DNA of 64,000 nucleotides, taken from the NCBI GenBank assembly GCA_963716725.1, contig CAVQUB010000008.1, positions 320,001 through 384,000 of the forward strand, written 5' to 3'. The position numbers and the translations under genes were made by a program. This DNA comes from an uncultured delta proteobacterium (GTDB taxonomy: Bacteria; Myxococcota_A; Polyangia; Polyangiales; Polyangiaceae). Shown here one piece after another: positions 23,015-33,700 of the stretch; the first letter of the stretch is position 1; each line of letters opens with the position of its first letter. The notes under the pieces are model-generated. The model searched no databases and was not told where the DNA came from. It saw only the letters and a list, made by a program, of their open reading frames with translations.

Positions 23015-23578
23015 ATGGACGAAGACGTGAAGGCCGACCTCGCTCGGGAAGGCATGAGGGCGACGGAGCTGGTGGAGCCGGGCGCCATCAAGGAGCGCGT
23101 CAAGGACTCGGTCGCCGACGCGGTCGGCAACGCAGCGTTGCGAGGACTGGCGGCGATGGGTCGGCTGGGCGGCAAGGACCGGTCCCCGGCCCGAACGCGC
23201 GCTTTTGCCGCCGTGGATCTGGCACCGAGCTTCGAGGACTTCGACGCCGACGACGCCGCGACCTTCGAGGGTCGAGTGCGGAAGGCAGCGGCGCAGAGGG
23301 CGGCGCGGGAGGACGAAGAACGGCGAACGGAACTCGCCGCGTTGCGCCGCTCGTTTCCAGAGGCGTCGCAGGAGCTGGCGCTGCTGCTCTTCAACTGCGT
23401 CGATCTCCTGGAAGATCTATCGGAGGATGCCGAAGGGCTGCCCCCAACACCGGCTGAGCTCGAGCGGAAAGAGCGACTGCTGTCGCGCATCGCGGAGCTG
23501 CTGGCCCCACGAGCGAGCGAAGCGCTGCTGAGCTTTGTCGAGCACGTCGTGGAGATCAGCCGGCGACATCGGAGCTGA
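23015..23578 (+). CDS. Hypothetical helical protein
   Basis: ATG preceded by TGGTACACT -10-like box; plausible composition. Confidence 0.65.
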   Translation: MDEDVKADLAREGMRATELVEPGAIKERVKDSVADAVGNAALRGLAAMGRLGGKDRSPARTRAFAAVDLAPSFEDFDADDAATFEGRVRKAAAQRAAREDEERRTELAALRRSFPEASQELALLLFNCVDLLEDLSEDAEGLPPTPAELERKERLLSRIAELLAPRASEALLSFVEHVVEISRRHRS

Positions 23579-23596
23579 GCGACGCGGCCCCGGGGC

Positions 23597-25126
23597 TCAC
23601 CGTCGACTCACCGCCTCGAAGGTGCCCACGTGGGAGTAGGTCCCGTACTGCTCCCTTCCGGCGAACAAGAGCGCGCGATAGACGCCGTCGCTCGGAAATG
23701 GGCAGGTCACGCGGATGGAAGGTCCAGGCAGCACGCTGCAACGCTCTCCCTGATCCGCCTCGGGCGCGTGCTTGGGCTTCACCCGCGCCAACATGAAAGC
23801 CCCGCGAGGGTTGTCGACCTCGATCTCGAAGCTCGAGCCCACCGTGACCTGTGAGCGATCGGGCTTGTTCAGCTTCAAGCCGTGCATGAAGAAGCGGGCG
23901 CGCAGCATGGGCTGGCGCATGAACTCGCCTCGATCGATCGGCCTCGCACGGAGCTGCCAGCGTTCCTGCTCCGGATAGTGGTCGACGCCGAAGATTTCCG
24001 GCGGCGTCAGCAGATAATTGGTGGAGTACTGCTTGGTGAACGCGCGTCCGTTCACGTGGCCCGAGTCCCAAGTCGCATCGATCAAGTACCACTTGCCGCC
24101 GATCTTGGCGGCGTTCCAGGCGTGGCCGCCCCCGCCGATGGTGTCGACGTCGGTGCGCGCGTCGCCGACCACCGTCGCCACCTCGTCCCCCGTGACCTTC
24201 GCCATCGCGCTCAGCAGGTTCGCGTAGCCGGCGCACACACCCTTTCGGCTGTCGAAGACCGATCTCGCGTCCTGCGCGGGGATGGTGTCGTCCGCGAGCG
24301 CCACCGCGTCGTAGGCGATGCGATCCGCAACGTAGTCGTGCAGCGCCTTGATCCTCGCCCGAGGCTCCGGCTCCTGCGCCTTGATGTGTCGGGCCACCGA
24401 CTCGAAGCTGGTCTCCTCCGCCGGAGGGAAGTCCCGGACGAGGGGGTGGAGCTCCGCCCCCAGCGGCCAGTCTGCCGCGCTGAGCTTGGGCTCCGTCTTC
24501 GTTCCCGGGTCGTCGGGCCTTGGCGTCGGAGCGCCGCCGGAGGTCGTCGTCGGGGCCGGCGTGGGCAACGGGGCCGACGTCGCGGTCGAGGTGGGCAGCG
24601 GTCCCGGCGCGATCCCCGGGTCGTCGTCGACCAGCTTCTCGAAGCGGTTCTTGTGTGCCAGCTCGTAGAGCCACTCGAGCTGACCCGACAGCCCGAACAA
24701 AAGCGAGCGCGACCGCTCGATGAACGCTCCCTGCCGGCCGTCGAGCATCCAGTCGCCGCGGGTCGAGAGTGCGGTGAACACCAGCGTTGGGCGCGCGGCC
24801 ACCAGCCCGGCGATCAATACGAAGTTGATGGCGAAGGTACGCAGCAGCAGTCGATCGCCGAAGGTGAGGATGCGCGCACGCGAATCTTTCTGCTTCCTGC
24901 GGCGGTACTCCGACCAGGCGTCCCAGGCCAGAGGCAGCCCCGGAAACGCCGCGAGCCCGGCGACGAAGGGCAACCACGTCGCCTTGCCTTGGTGGGCGGC
25001 CACCGACGACGCAGCCCAGACCCCCAGGACAGGCGTCGAGAGCACCAGCGCCGCGACGGCGAGCTTGAGCACGAGGCCCAGGGTCGACGCGACGAGCGCC
25101 AAACGCGATCCGCTGCGGCCGGGCAC
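23597..25126 (-). CDS. Membrane-anchored transglutaminase-like protein
   Basis: N-terminal TMs; catalytic triad GVCAGY / HAWN / DATWD. Confidence 0.9.
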   Translation of the reverse strand: MPGRSGSRLALVASTLGLVLKLAVAALVLSTPVLGVWAASSVAAHQGKATWLPFVAGLAAFPGLPLAWDAWSEYRRRKQKDSRARILTFGDRLLLRTFAINFVLIAGLVAARPTLVFTALSTRGDWMLDGRQGAFIERSRSLLFGLSGQLEWLYELAHKNRFEKLVDDDPGIAPGPLPTSTATSAPLPTPAPTTTSGGAPTPRPDDPGTKTEPKLSAADWPLGAELHPLVRDFPPAEETSFESVARHIKAQEPEPRARIKALHDYVADRIAYDAVALADDTIPAQDARSVFDSRKGVCAGYANLLSAMAKVTGDEVATVVGDARTDVDTIGGGGHAWNAAKIGGKWYLIDATWDSGHVNGRAFTKQYSTNYLLTPPEIFGVDHYPEQERWQLRARPIDRGEFMRQPMLRARFFMHGLKLNKPDRSQVTVGSSFEIEVDNPRGAFMLARVKPKHAPEADQGERCSVLPGPSIRVTCPFPSDGVYRALLFAGREQYGTYSHVGTFEAVSRR

Positions 25127-25192
25127 GATGCATCAAGCTAGGTTCCAGGCGCTGCGCGCGCAAGCGCGGCTGGGCGGAGGGGTTCACCGGCG

Positions 25193-25384
25193 CTAGGCTG
25201 GAATGCCATCGTCTTCTTCAAGCGTCCCGACCACGTGGGCATCGTCACTCAGACCAAGGGCAAGAGCGGTCACCCGACGTTGATCAACCTCTGGACCTTT
25301 GGCTACAAGACCCGAGCCATGGATCTGCTCGGATCGGTGCCGGTCACGCACCGCTTCCGGTTCCCGAGTCGTCCGCGCGGCTGA
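25193..25384 (+). pseudogene. 3' fragment of a DUF1287 (NlpC/P60-like) gene
   Basis: Reads IVFFKRPDHVGIVT...INLWTFGYKTRAMDLLGSVPVTHRFRF...stop; no N-terminal part. Confidence 0.55.
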
Positions 25385-25449
25385 AGTTGCCTCCACGACG
25401 GCCGTCCCCCCTCCCGCTCCGTCGGGGCATGCCCTATGTGTCCGACCCT

Positions 25450-26082
25450 ATGCGCATGACCCCTCGCCTCGCATCGGGCCTGTTCGTCCTCTCGCTGAGC
25501 GCCGGCGCCATCGCGAACGGTCGACCCGAGGTCTACATTCACGACGGGTTCTACGCGCGCCTGGGCGCCGGTCCCGGCTACGTGTTCGGCGCGAGCGAGC
25601 CCGACCGAAGTGGCGCCAGCGCCAGCGTTTCGGGGTTCGCGCTCTCCTCCGAGTTCGCCTTCGGCGGCACGCTCGCGGCCGGCCTCGTGCTCGGCGGGGG
25701 CAGCTTCTCGATGGCGGTGCCCTCCCCGAAGTACGCAGCTGACGCGGGCCCCGATCTCGATGTCGGGGCGCACCACGTCTCGGGAGTTGGTCCCTTCGTC
25801 GACTACTACTTCGACCAACGCAAGGGCGCGCACGTGCAGGCGGCGTTGCTACTGAGCGGCGTGTTCGTCCAGGAGAAGGGCGCGCTGGAGTCGGCGTCAG
25901 GGTTCGGCTTCGGCGCGATGCTCGGCGGTGGATACGAGGCCTGGGTGAGCCACGAATGGAGCATCGGTCCCATCCTGCGGGTGACCGTTTACAACGACGC
26001 GTTGGAAGGCAGCGACAGCGGCGCCAAGGCGACGCTGCGCATGTTCGTGCCGTCGCTGCTGTTTGGCGCGACGTATCACTGA
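25450..26082 (+). CDS. Outer-membrane beta-barrel protein
   Basis: Signal peptide, HDGFYARLGAG, GPFVDYY, GGGYEAWV, C-terminal ATYH. Confidence 0.75.
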   Translation: MRMTPRLASGLFVLSLSAGAIANGRPEVYIHDGFYARLGAGPGYVFGASEPDRSGASASVSGFALSSEFAFGGTLAAGLVLGGGSFSMAVPSPKYAADAGPDLDVGAHHVSGVGPFVDYYFDQRKGAHVQAALLLSGVFVQEKGALESASGFGFGAMLGGGYEAWVSHEWSIGPILRVTVYNDALEGSDSGAKATLRMFVPSLLFGATYH

Positions 26083-26116
26083 CCGGCGTATGCCAGCGGG
26101 CGCTTTGGCCCGTGTC

Positions 26117-26509
26117 TCACTTGCAGCTGAAGCCGCCGCCGCTCCAGCCCTGACCCGAGCCGGCCGCTGCGAAGCAAGCAGCAGCCATTTGTTTCATGTA
26201 CGTCTTGGTGGGCTCCGGCGCGCTCTCGGCGTTCTGCGCGACGGCCTGACAGCACTTCTTCATGCTGGACGAGCTGCCACCGCCGACCCTCTTGGCGTCT
26301 GCGTCGGCGTCGCCGGGTGCGTCCTCCCCTGCGTCTTCGACCTCGAGCACCAGCGGTGCTGCGGGCGTGCTCGCCGGCGCCGCTGACGGCAGGGGCGGCG
26401 GCGGATCGTCCTTCTTGCAACCGGAGCAGCCCTGGGCAGCGACAGGCAAGAACAGGCCGAGCGCGATGGGTGCGAACAGGGAATGGGTCAGCGAACGTGC
26501 CGTCTTCAT
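26117..26509 (-). CDS. Small Cys-containing lipoprotein
   Basis: GGAGG RBS, AQGCSGCKK, Pro linker, KKCC...AAAC...C. Confidence 0.7.
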   Translation of the reverse strand: MKTARSLTHSLFAPIALGLFLPVAAQGCSGCKKDDPPPPLPSAAPASTPAAPLVLEVEDAGEDAPGDADADAKRVGGGSSSSMKKCCQAVAQNAESAPEPTKTYMKQMAAACFAAAGSGQGWSGGGFSCK

Positions 26510-26595
26510 CGATCCTCCAGCCAAGGTCCTACCATGACCGGCGGCCGGGCACACGGCTCGCTGCGCCGACGTCCGACCCCGGGCGCGCGCCAGTT

Positions 26596-27453
26596 TCAGC
26601 CGAGCAGCGCACGCAGGGTGGGCTCGTGGGCCTCGCTCTCGGCCTCACCTTGGGCGATCACACGCTCCACGTGCTGGCCTTCGGTGTAGTCCCACGCGCT
26701 CACCTCGATGGGGCGCCGGGGCCCGACGTAAAAGCGGATCTCGCTCGCGGGCGGGTCGCGGCAAGGTTGCGTCAGCACCACCAAGTTGCGACGCACGGCG
26801 GGCACCTGCTCGGCGATGAAGGCGGGTGCGGCATCGATCAGCCCACCGTCAATCAGCCGCTCGCCCCCGGCGCGGCCCACGGGAACGAAGGGCGGCGTTG
26901 CGGATGAAGCGAGCACGACCTCGGCGACCTTCTCGGCGGTCTCGCAGCTGCGAAGATCGCTGACCACCGATCGGAAGCCGGCGCGCGCCGCGAAGCTCAG
27001 GTGCAGTCGATGGGGGTGCAGGCGCCGCTCCAAGCGGTACATCCCGAGCCCGACCAGCAGCGCCGCGGCGGTCGGCACGCGCCGGGGAATGGCCGCGCTC
27101 AGCGCGAGCACGGGGAAGGGCTGCGCGCGCAAGCGCTCCAGGCCACCGTCGCGCATCGCGTGCAAGAGCAGCTCCCGGTAGATGCGCGCGTGCGGCGCGG
27201 GGTTCTGTCCCCGGAGCAACTGTCGCGGATCGAAGTTCTTGTCGAGTCCCCGGCGGAGCTCGTGCCAGCGCTCGCGCGTCTCGTTCTGCCGGCCAGAGAG
27301 CAGCACGACCGCAACGCAGGCACCGGCGCTGCATGCCGCCATGGCTGCGACGCGAGGCAGGATCCGATCGCCCCAACGATTCATCAGCCCGAGCTGGTAG
27401 AAGGCCCGGTTGCCACCGCCCGCGAAGGTCAGTCCCAGGTCGCGCGCGGTCAT
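26596..27453 (-). CDS. Patatin-like phospholipase
   Basis: GGGNR oxyanion loop, ACSAG nucleophile elbow, ASS, DGG. Confidence 0.88.
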   Translation of the reverse strand: MTARDLGLTFAGGGNRAFYQLGLMNRWGDRILPRVAAMAACSAGACVAVVLLSGRQNETRERWHELRRGLDKNFDPRQLLRGQNPAPHARIYRELLLHAMRDGGLERLRAQPFPVLALSAAIPRRVPTAAALLVGLGMYRLERRLHPHRLHLSFAARAGFRSVVSDLRSCETAEKVAEVVLASSATPPFVPVGRAGGERLIDGGLIDAAPAFIAEQVPAVRRNLVVLTQPCRDPPASEIRFYVGPRRPIEVSAWDYTEGQHVERVIAQGEAESEAHEPTLRALLG

Positions 27454-27653
27454 GCTGCGATTCTGCCCGGGATGCGTCGGCGCACAACGCTGAACAGGAG
27501 TTCGAAATCCGATCGACGTTTGCCGCCCAGTCCAGCCAGCGTGGCAGCATGCGTGTTCTCTTCGCTGGCCTCGGTCCGCCGCCAACCTGAGGGGCTCGGC
27601 CCGGGCTCGGCTGGACAGGCCTCGAGTTTGCTGGTCCTCTAGAGGCGAACGTC

Positions 27654-27908
27654 ATGCACGTGGAACGAGCCGATGTGATGGCGCTTTCCCGGGCCATCCT
27701 CGGGATTCACGACGCCGCCGCGATCCCGGCCTTTCGCACGCGGGTGATGCGCGCCGTCGCCGAAATTGCCCGCGCAGACATCGTCTCGTTCAACGAAGTC
27801 GAGCCTGGCGCCGGTGGCCTCGTCTACTTCGACGAGCCGGTCGGCGCCTGCATCTTCGATCCGGACGCGACGGCGATCTTCCCATTCCCGCTAGATGTCT
27901 CCGCATGA
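27654..27908 (+). pseudogene. Truncated N-terminus of a GAF/LuxR-type regulator
   Basis: FRTRVMRAVAEIARADIVSFNEV resembles sensor N-termini; ends abruptly at 84 aa with no HTH. Confidence 0.4.
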
Positions 27909-28990
27909 GCGTGGGACTCGCAGACGTCTTGGGTCGACCCATGCCCGGGGTGGCACGCATCGTGCTGGAGCACTGGCGCTGCGAGAGGTTCCGGCCCATC
28001 GCCATCCTCGAGTACTCGCTCGGATTCGCGTGCCTCTTGTGTGTATTGCCGCTCTTGATACTGGCGGCGCTGTTCACGGAGACGGACCTCGCACTGCCCA
28101 ACGTCAAGTCGCGCTTCTACCACCGCTGGCATCAACTTCGCCTGCAGCTGGTCGATGCCCAAGGGCAAGTCGTGGCAAGCGTCGACCACATTCCGGCGAG
28201 CGCCGAGCAAGGTTACGCGGTCGTTTCGAGCGTGCTCGAAGCAGCGAGCCGCGAGGGCATCGTGGTGGTCGAGGTCATCGTCAACGGTGCGATTCGACAG
28301 GTCGCGGAGGTCTGGTACGGCGGCCGACCGCTGCTCGCCCACCCGGAGGAAGCGAACGAGGAGCGCGCAGCGCTCTTGCTCCGACAGCACGGGATCGATG
28401 TCCGAAGTGATGGCGAAGCACTCTACATCGTCGAAAAATCCCGGCCAATCAGCGGTGGGCAGCGGGTCTTGGGCTGGCTCTTGCTCCCGCTGGTGATGCC
28501 CTTCGTTCCGGTCCTGGCGCTGAGCGAAAAGGGCCGCCGTGCGTTGCGCCACTCGTGGGCGGATCTCCGCGCGGGTGGGTCGCAGACCAGCCAAGTCGTG
28601 TGCGTTCGCGCCGAGAGCATCACCACCTACCGCGAGCGCAGGGACGAGAAGTGGGACGAGCAGATCATCGACGGCGCCGAGTTGCTCGGGGTCACTTTCT
28701 CTCCCGCCCTGGGATACGACACCGACGTAACGCCATCCCCCGCGACGCTGCGACTGATCGGGCGACGGCAGTCGGCGACGCTGCCCCTCTCGCGCGCGGG
28801 CGAGGCCGAACGCGCGCTACGGGACCTACTCGTGGGGGCGACGCTGCGTCTACGGCGCGCGCGTCCTGAACTCGGTCTCCTGGGAACGGGTCCGCACCCC
28901 ACGCGCTGTCCGTTCTGCGCGGCGCTCTACGTGATGGAGCCGTCGAGTCGCTGTCCGAGTTGCGGCGCGTTCGCGGGAACAACGCCCTAG
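27905..28990 (+). CDS. Membrane protein with C-terminal zinc ribbon
   Basis: Two hydrophobic segments; CPFC...CPSC. Confidence 0.7.
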   Translation: MSVGLADVLGRPMPGVARIVLEHWRCERFRPIAILEYSLGFACLLCVLPLLILAALFTETDLALPNVKSRFYHRWHQLRLQLVDAQGQVVASVDHIPASAEQGYAVVSSVLEAASREGIVVVEVIVNGAIRQVAEVWYGGRPLLAHPEEANEERAALLLRQHGIDVRSDGEALYIVEKSRPISGGQRVLGWLLLPLVMPFVPVLALSEKGRRALRHSWADLRAGGSQTSQVVCVRAESITTYRERRDEKWDEQIIDGAELLGVTFSPALGYDTDVTPSPATLRLIGRRQSATLPLSRAGEAERALRDLLVGATLRLRRARPELGLLGTGPHPTRCPFCAALYVMEPSSRCPSCGAFAGTTP

Positions 28991-30587
28991 TGGCAAGGAA
29001 TTCGCACCCACTGCGAAGCTCGCCGCGACCGGTGGGACGCCGACCCTGCTCGGGTCGATCGGCTTTGACAACTGGTACGCGATGGCGGTGAACGCCAGCG
29101 CCGTGTTTGTCGGCCGTGGAAACGGCGTGGTCAACGGCTACCCGATTGCAGGCGGCTCCGGCACGACCGTCGCGCCCCCGTTGGAAGGAGGCGGCTACCT
29201 CGCCGTCGATGCCACCACCGTGTATGTGGGGCGCGAGTACTCGAAGATCTTCACGGCGCCGGCCGCTGGCGGCGGCACCGTCACCGAGCTCTGGGGCAGC
29301 CTAGTCACCAAGACACCGTTCGCTGCAGACGCGACCCCGCGACGCCTGCAAGAGCGAGAAGGATTGTGTCCCCGGACAGCTCTGCGTCACCGCGGTCTGC
29401 GCGTCGAAGGACGAGCTCGACAAGAACGGTCAGTTGGCGCCACTGGCTGGCTCGGATGGCGGCGCCAACGCCTGCGAGTACAACTCCGACTGCCCCGACC
29501 AGCAGATCTGCCGGCCGCAAGCCATTTGCGGTCTCGAGTGCAAGGGCGCCAAAGACTGCGGAGCGGGACGCAGACCAGCGAGCAGTTCGTGTTCGAGCCG
29601 AGCGGCGATGTGATCCTGGTCGGCCGCTCCACCGCCGCCAGCGGACTCGACTTCGGCGGCGCGGCGCTGACCTGCGGAGACCAGGCCGTGTTTCTGGCGC
29701 GCTTCGCCGGCGCGGACGGCGCGTACAAATGGTCCAAATGTTTGGGCTCCGGAGTCGAAACCGTGACGAGCGCGGTGCTCGACGGCAGCGGAAACCTGGT
29801 GATCTCCGGGACGCTCGCCAGCGGCGCGACTGACTTCGGTACCGGCGCCCTCGTCGCGCAAGGCCTCGACATGTTCGTGGCGTCCTTCGCCCTGGCGAAC
29901 GGCGCGGCGGTCGCGGCAAAGCGATTCGGAGGCGCGGGCGACGACTACGGATACGATCTGGCGCGGGCGTCGGACGGAAGCTACGCGCTGGTCGGCTCCT
30001 GTTCGGGCAACGTGGACTTCGGAGGCGGACTCGTCACGGTGGGCAAGGGCGCCTCGGATCTGTGCGTCGTCCGGATGAGCTCGAGCTGGGCCCCGACCTG
30101 GGTGCGCCAGCTCGGTGATCTGGGCGCGGATCGCGCGCGCGTGGCCGCCTTCACCCCGAGCGGCAAGCTGATGGTGACCGGCATCTTCAACGGTCAGGTC
30201 GATTTCGACACCGGGGTCGTGGAGATCGGGAAAGGGAGCGACGACCTCGTATTGGCGCAAATGAACGCGACGACCGGCGCCATCGAGTGGCACAAGGTCT
30301 TTGCATCGGCTACCGCCGAAGAGGCCACGGACTTGGCCGTCACTTCGACCGGTGACCTGATGCTCTTTGGTCGCGTGCACAACGCGCTCTCCTTCGGCGG
30401 TGCGCCAGTCGACCCAGGTCCCTTCTGCGTCAAGCTCACCTCGACGGGCTCGTTCATCTGGGGCTGGGCGTACAACAACGGCTCGGACTGGATGCCGAGT
30501 TCCATGGCGCTCACTCCGAGCGGTGGCGCCATGGTCGGCGTCTACAAGGGCGGCTTTGGAGCGAGCGGCCTCGTGCTCACGCCCTGA
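28991..30587 (+). pseudogene. Chimera of three gene fragments (propeller repeats, Cys-rich piece, SBBP-like propeller C-terminus)
   Basis: LAVDATTVYV repeats; 29338-29567 is coding only in another frame (CKSEKDC...CEYNSDC); DFGGG/DMFVA repeats to the stop at 30587. Confidence 0.6.
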
Positions 30588-30776
30588 GCAGGGTCGGGTC
30601 CCATGCGCCCACCTCGACTCGGGGTTTCACTCCGAGCAACCCAGGCCGTCAGATCAGTCTGAGCCCGAACAGGCCGACACCAGCGCTAGCAGCGCCGGAA
30701 CTCGAAGCACGCGACATCGACTCACGGAATTCTTCCCGTCAGTGGTCCGTCGGGTGCGCGATGTTAGCATGGCGCC

Positions 30777-33700
30777 ATGCCGGGCTCGGGAACGTTGTCA
30801 CCAGGTTCGATGTTCGGAGACTTCCGGATCGTCGAGCTCCTCGCCGATGACGCAGGTCTCGCGCTGTACGCGGTCGATCGCTTGGGTGCACCGGCCGCGT
30901 TGCGCGTGTTTCATCGCTTTGGCCCTCTCGACGGGGGCGACTCCGGAAAGCTCACCGAGGCCGCGCTCGCGGGCGCCGCCGTCGGCAGCGACAAGGTCCC
31001 GAGCGTGAGGCTGGCCGGCGTCGATCCGACAACCGGCGTTGCGTGGGTCGCCACGGATCCCGTCGCGGGCAAATCCCTCGCGAGCACGCTGAAGGAGGGC
31101 GAACCCCTCGACCCAGGCCTCGCCCTCGCTGTGATCGCGGATGTTGCCGAAGCCCTCGGTCGCGCTCACGTGGCTGGTCAAGCTCATGGCGAGCTCACCA
31201 CCGTCAGCATTTTCGTCGCTGACTCAGCCGGCGGCCCGACGGTGAAGCTGCTCGACCTAGGAACGCTGCGCTGGCTCAACCAACGCCACCCGGACAGCAC
31301 CCAGGCGCTCGGCTTCCGCGAGTGCCTGCCCCCGGAGCAACTGCAACAGGGCGCGGCCGCGGCGCCCCCGGCAGACACTTGGGCCCTCGGGCTCTTGGCG
31401 TTCCGACTCCTCGTGGGTCGGAGTTACTGGCTGCACACGAGCACCGCCGAGGTGGTCGATGAAATCACCGCGCAGCCCCTGCCCAGCGCATCGAAGCGCG
31501 TGCGAGATCTCGGCTCCCCCGTCATGCTGCCGCCCGGCTTCGACGAGTGGTTCGCGCGCTCGGTGACCCGTGATCCCAAGAGGCGCTTTGCTCACGGCAG
31601 CGACGCCGCACAGGCTCTCCGGCCGCTGCTCTCCGCCGTTCGAGCCGCGGCGGCAGCGGCAGCGGCAGCGGTCCCGCCGTGGGGCGCAATTGCAGCGCCC
31701 GCGACGCCCGCAGCGGCCCCTCCGATTGCCGAAGCCCCCGCCCAATTCGGTGCTCCGCCAGCTGCCTTTTCCCCCTACGCGGCGGGACCGTTCCCGCCAC
31801 CGCGTCCGACCGACCGCGCTGGCGGTGGTGGTGGCGGAAGCGGCGCCCCCGTGCTGGCCGTGATCGTCGGCCTCTTGTTGGTCGTCGGTGTGATCGGTGT
31901 GATCGGCGCCTTCGGCGTCGGCGGGGTCTTGGCCTATCGCAGGGGGCGAGTCAGCAAACCCCACGCAACGGCAGGTGCGCCTGCAGGTATTCCGCCCAGC
32001 CACGCCACCGCACCCATTCCGGTCCTGAACTCCGATCCCGTCTGGGGAGACACGAACGCGCCCGTCACCATCGTGGGATTTAGCGACTTGCAGTGCCCCT
32101 TCTGCGCCCGGGCACAGAAGACCCTCGACGCCGTGAAGACCACCTACGGTCCCAGTCAAGTGCGCATCGTCTTCAAGCACAATCCGCTGCCCTTCCACAA
32201 GCAAGCGCTCCCCGCCGCCGAAGCCGCCGAGCGCGTTCGCCTCTCGGGAGGCAACGCCGCGTTCTTCAAGTTTGCCGACCTCGCGTTTGCCGACAGCAAG
32301 AGCTTGAACGATGCGAGCTTCGAGAGCTGGGCAACCATCGCGGGCGCGGACATGACTACCTATCGCTCGCTGATGGGCGCCAGCATCGTATCTGCCAAGG
32401 TGCAAGCGGACATCGACCTCGCGAAGCGCGTCGGTGTGACCGGCGTCCCCGCGTTCCGCATCAACGGTCAGGTGCTCAGCGGCGCCCAGCCCCTCGAGAA
32501 GTTCCGGTCGCTCATCGACTCCGAGCTCACCGAAGCGAAGAAGCGGATCGCCGCGGGCACGCCGCCCGACCAGATCTACCCGATCTTGACTGGCGAGAAC
32601 CACCGCACAACTCCCACCCCTAGCCCGCCGCCCGCCACGGCCGAGCCCGACGGCGAAGCGGTATGGAAAGTCCCCGTCCTCGCCGACGACCCGCAGCTCG
32701 GACCGGCGGACGCACTGGTCACTCTGGTGGAGTTCGGCGACTTCCAGTGCCCGTTCTGCAAACGCCTCGATCCCACCCTCCGAGAGCTCCGAGACCGCTA
32801 CGGCAACGACCTCAGGTTGGTCTGGAAGGACAACCCCCTGCCCTTTCACAAGCAAGCGGAACCCGCAGCGCAATTGGCCCGAGTGATCTTCATCCAGCGC
32901 GGAGATCCCGCGTTCTGGCGAGCGCACGACGCGCTGTTCGCCAACCAGCCCGACCTCGGTGACGCTGAATTTCAGAAGATCGCCAGCGCCGCGGGGCTCG
33001 GTTGGGGCTCCACCCAGAGTGCCATGTCGTCTCCCACGGTAGCGCAGCGCGTTCGCCAGAGTCAGACCCTCGCTTCGGCTCTGAAGGCGTCTGGCACGCC
33101 GTCGTGCTTCATCAATGGTCGACTCGTGACGGGCGCCGTGCCCGCGAGCAAGTTCCAGGAGGTCATCGATCAGGAGCTGGCCAAGGCCCGCCAGCTGATC
33201 GCTCGAGGCACACCGCGATCCCAGGTGTACGAGACCGTGATTCGAGAGGGCAAGCAAGAGAGCCCCTTCGAGATGAAGCAAGCCCGCCTGCTCGCCAGCG
33301 GCGTCCCGATTCGGGGACCAGCGAACGCGAAGGTCACTGTCCACATTTTCTCCGACTTTCAGTGCCCCTTCTGCGCTCGAGCCGCTCCCACCCTGGCGGA
33401 GCTTCAGAAGAGCTTCCCCGCTGACGTCAGGCTCGCCTGGCACGACTTGCCGCTCGGCTTTCACAAGCAGGCCCAGTTGGCCGCGGAAGCGGCACGTGAA
33501 GTTCAGGCGCAGCTGGGTGACGCCGGCTTCTGGCGCTTTCACGACCGGCTCTTCGAAGAGCAAAAGTCACCAGGCGGACTGGAGCGTGAGCACCTCGAGC
33601 GAGTCGCGCAATCGCTCGGCTGCAACATGCCCAAGTTCCGACGAGCTCTGGACGATCGAGTCCATCGTGCGCGCGTCCAAGAAGACGCCGACGCGGCTTC

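Noticed and set aside
27952..27967. TGGCACGCATCGTGCT sigma54-like motif
   Set aside because: Lies inside the probable coding region of 27905..28990, with no clear downstream start or RBS.
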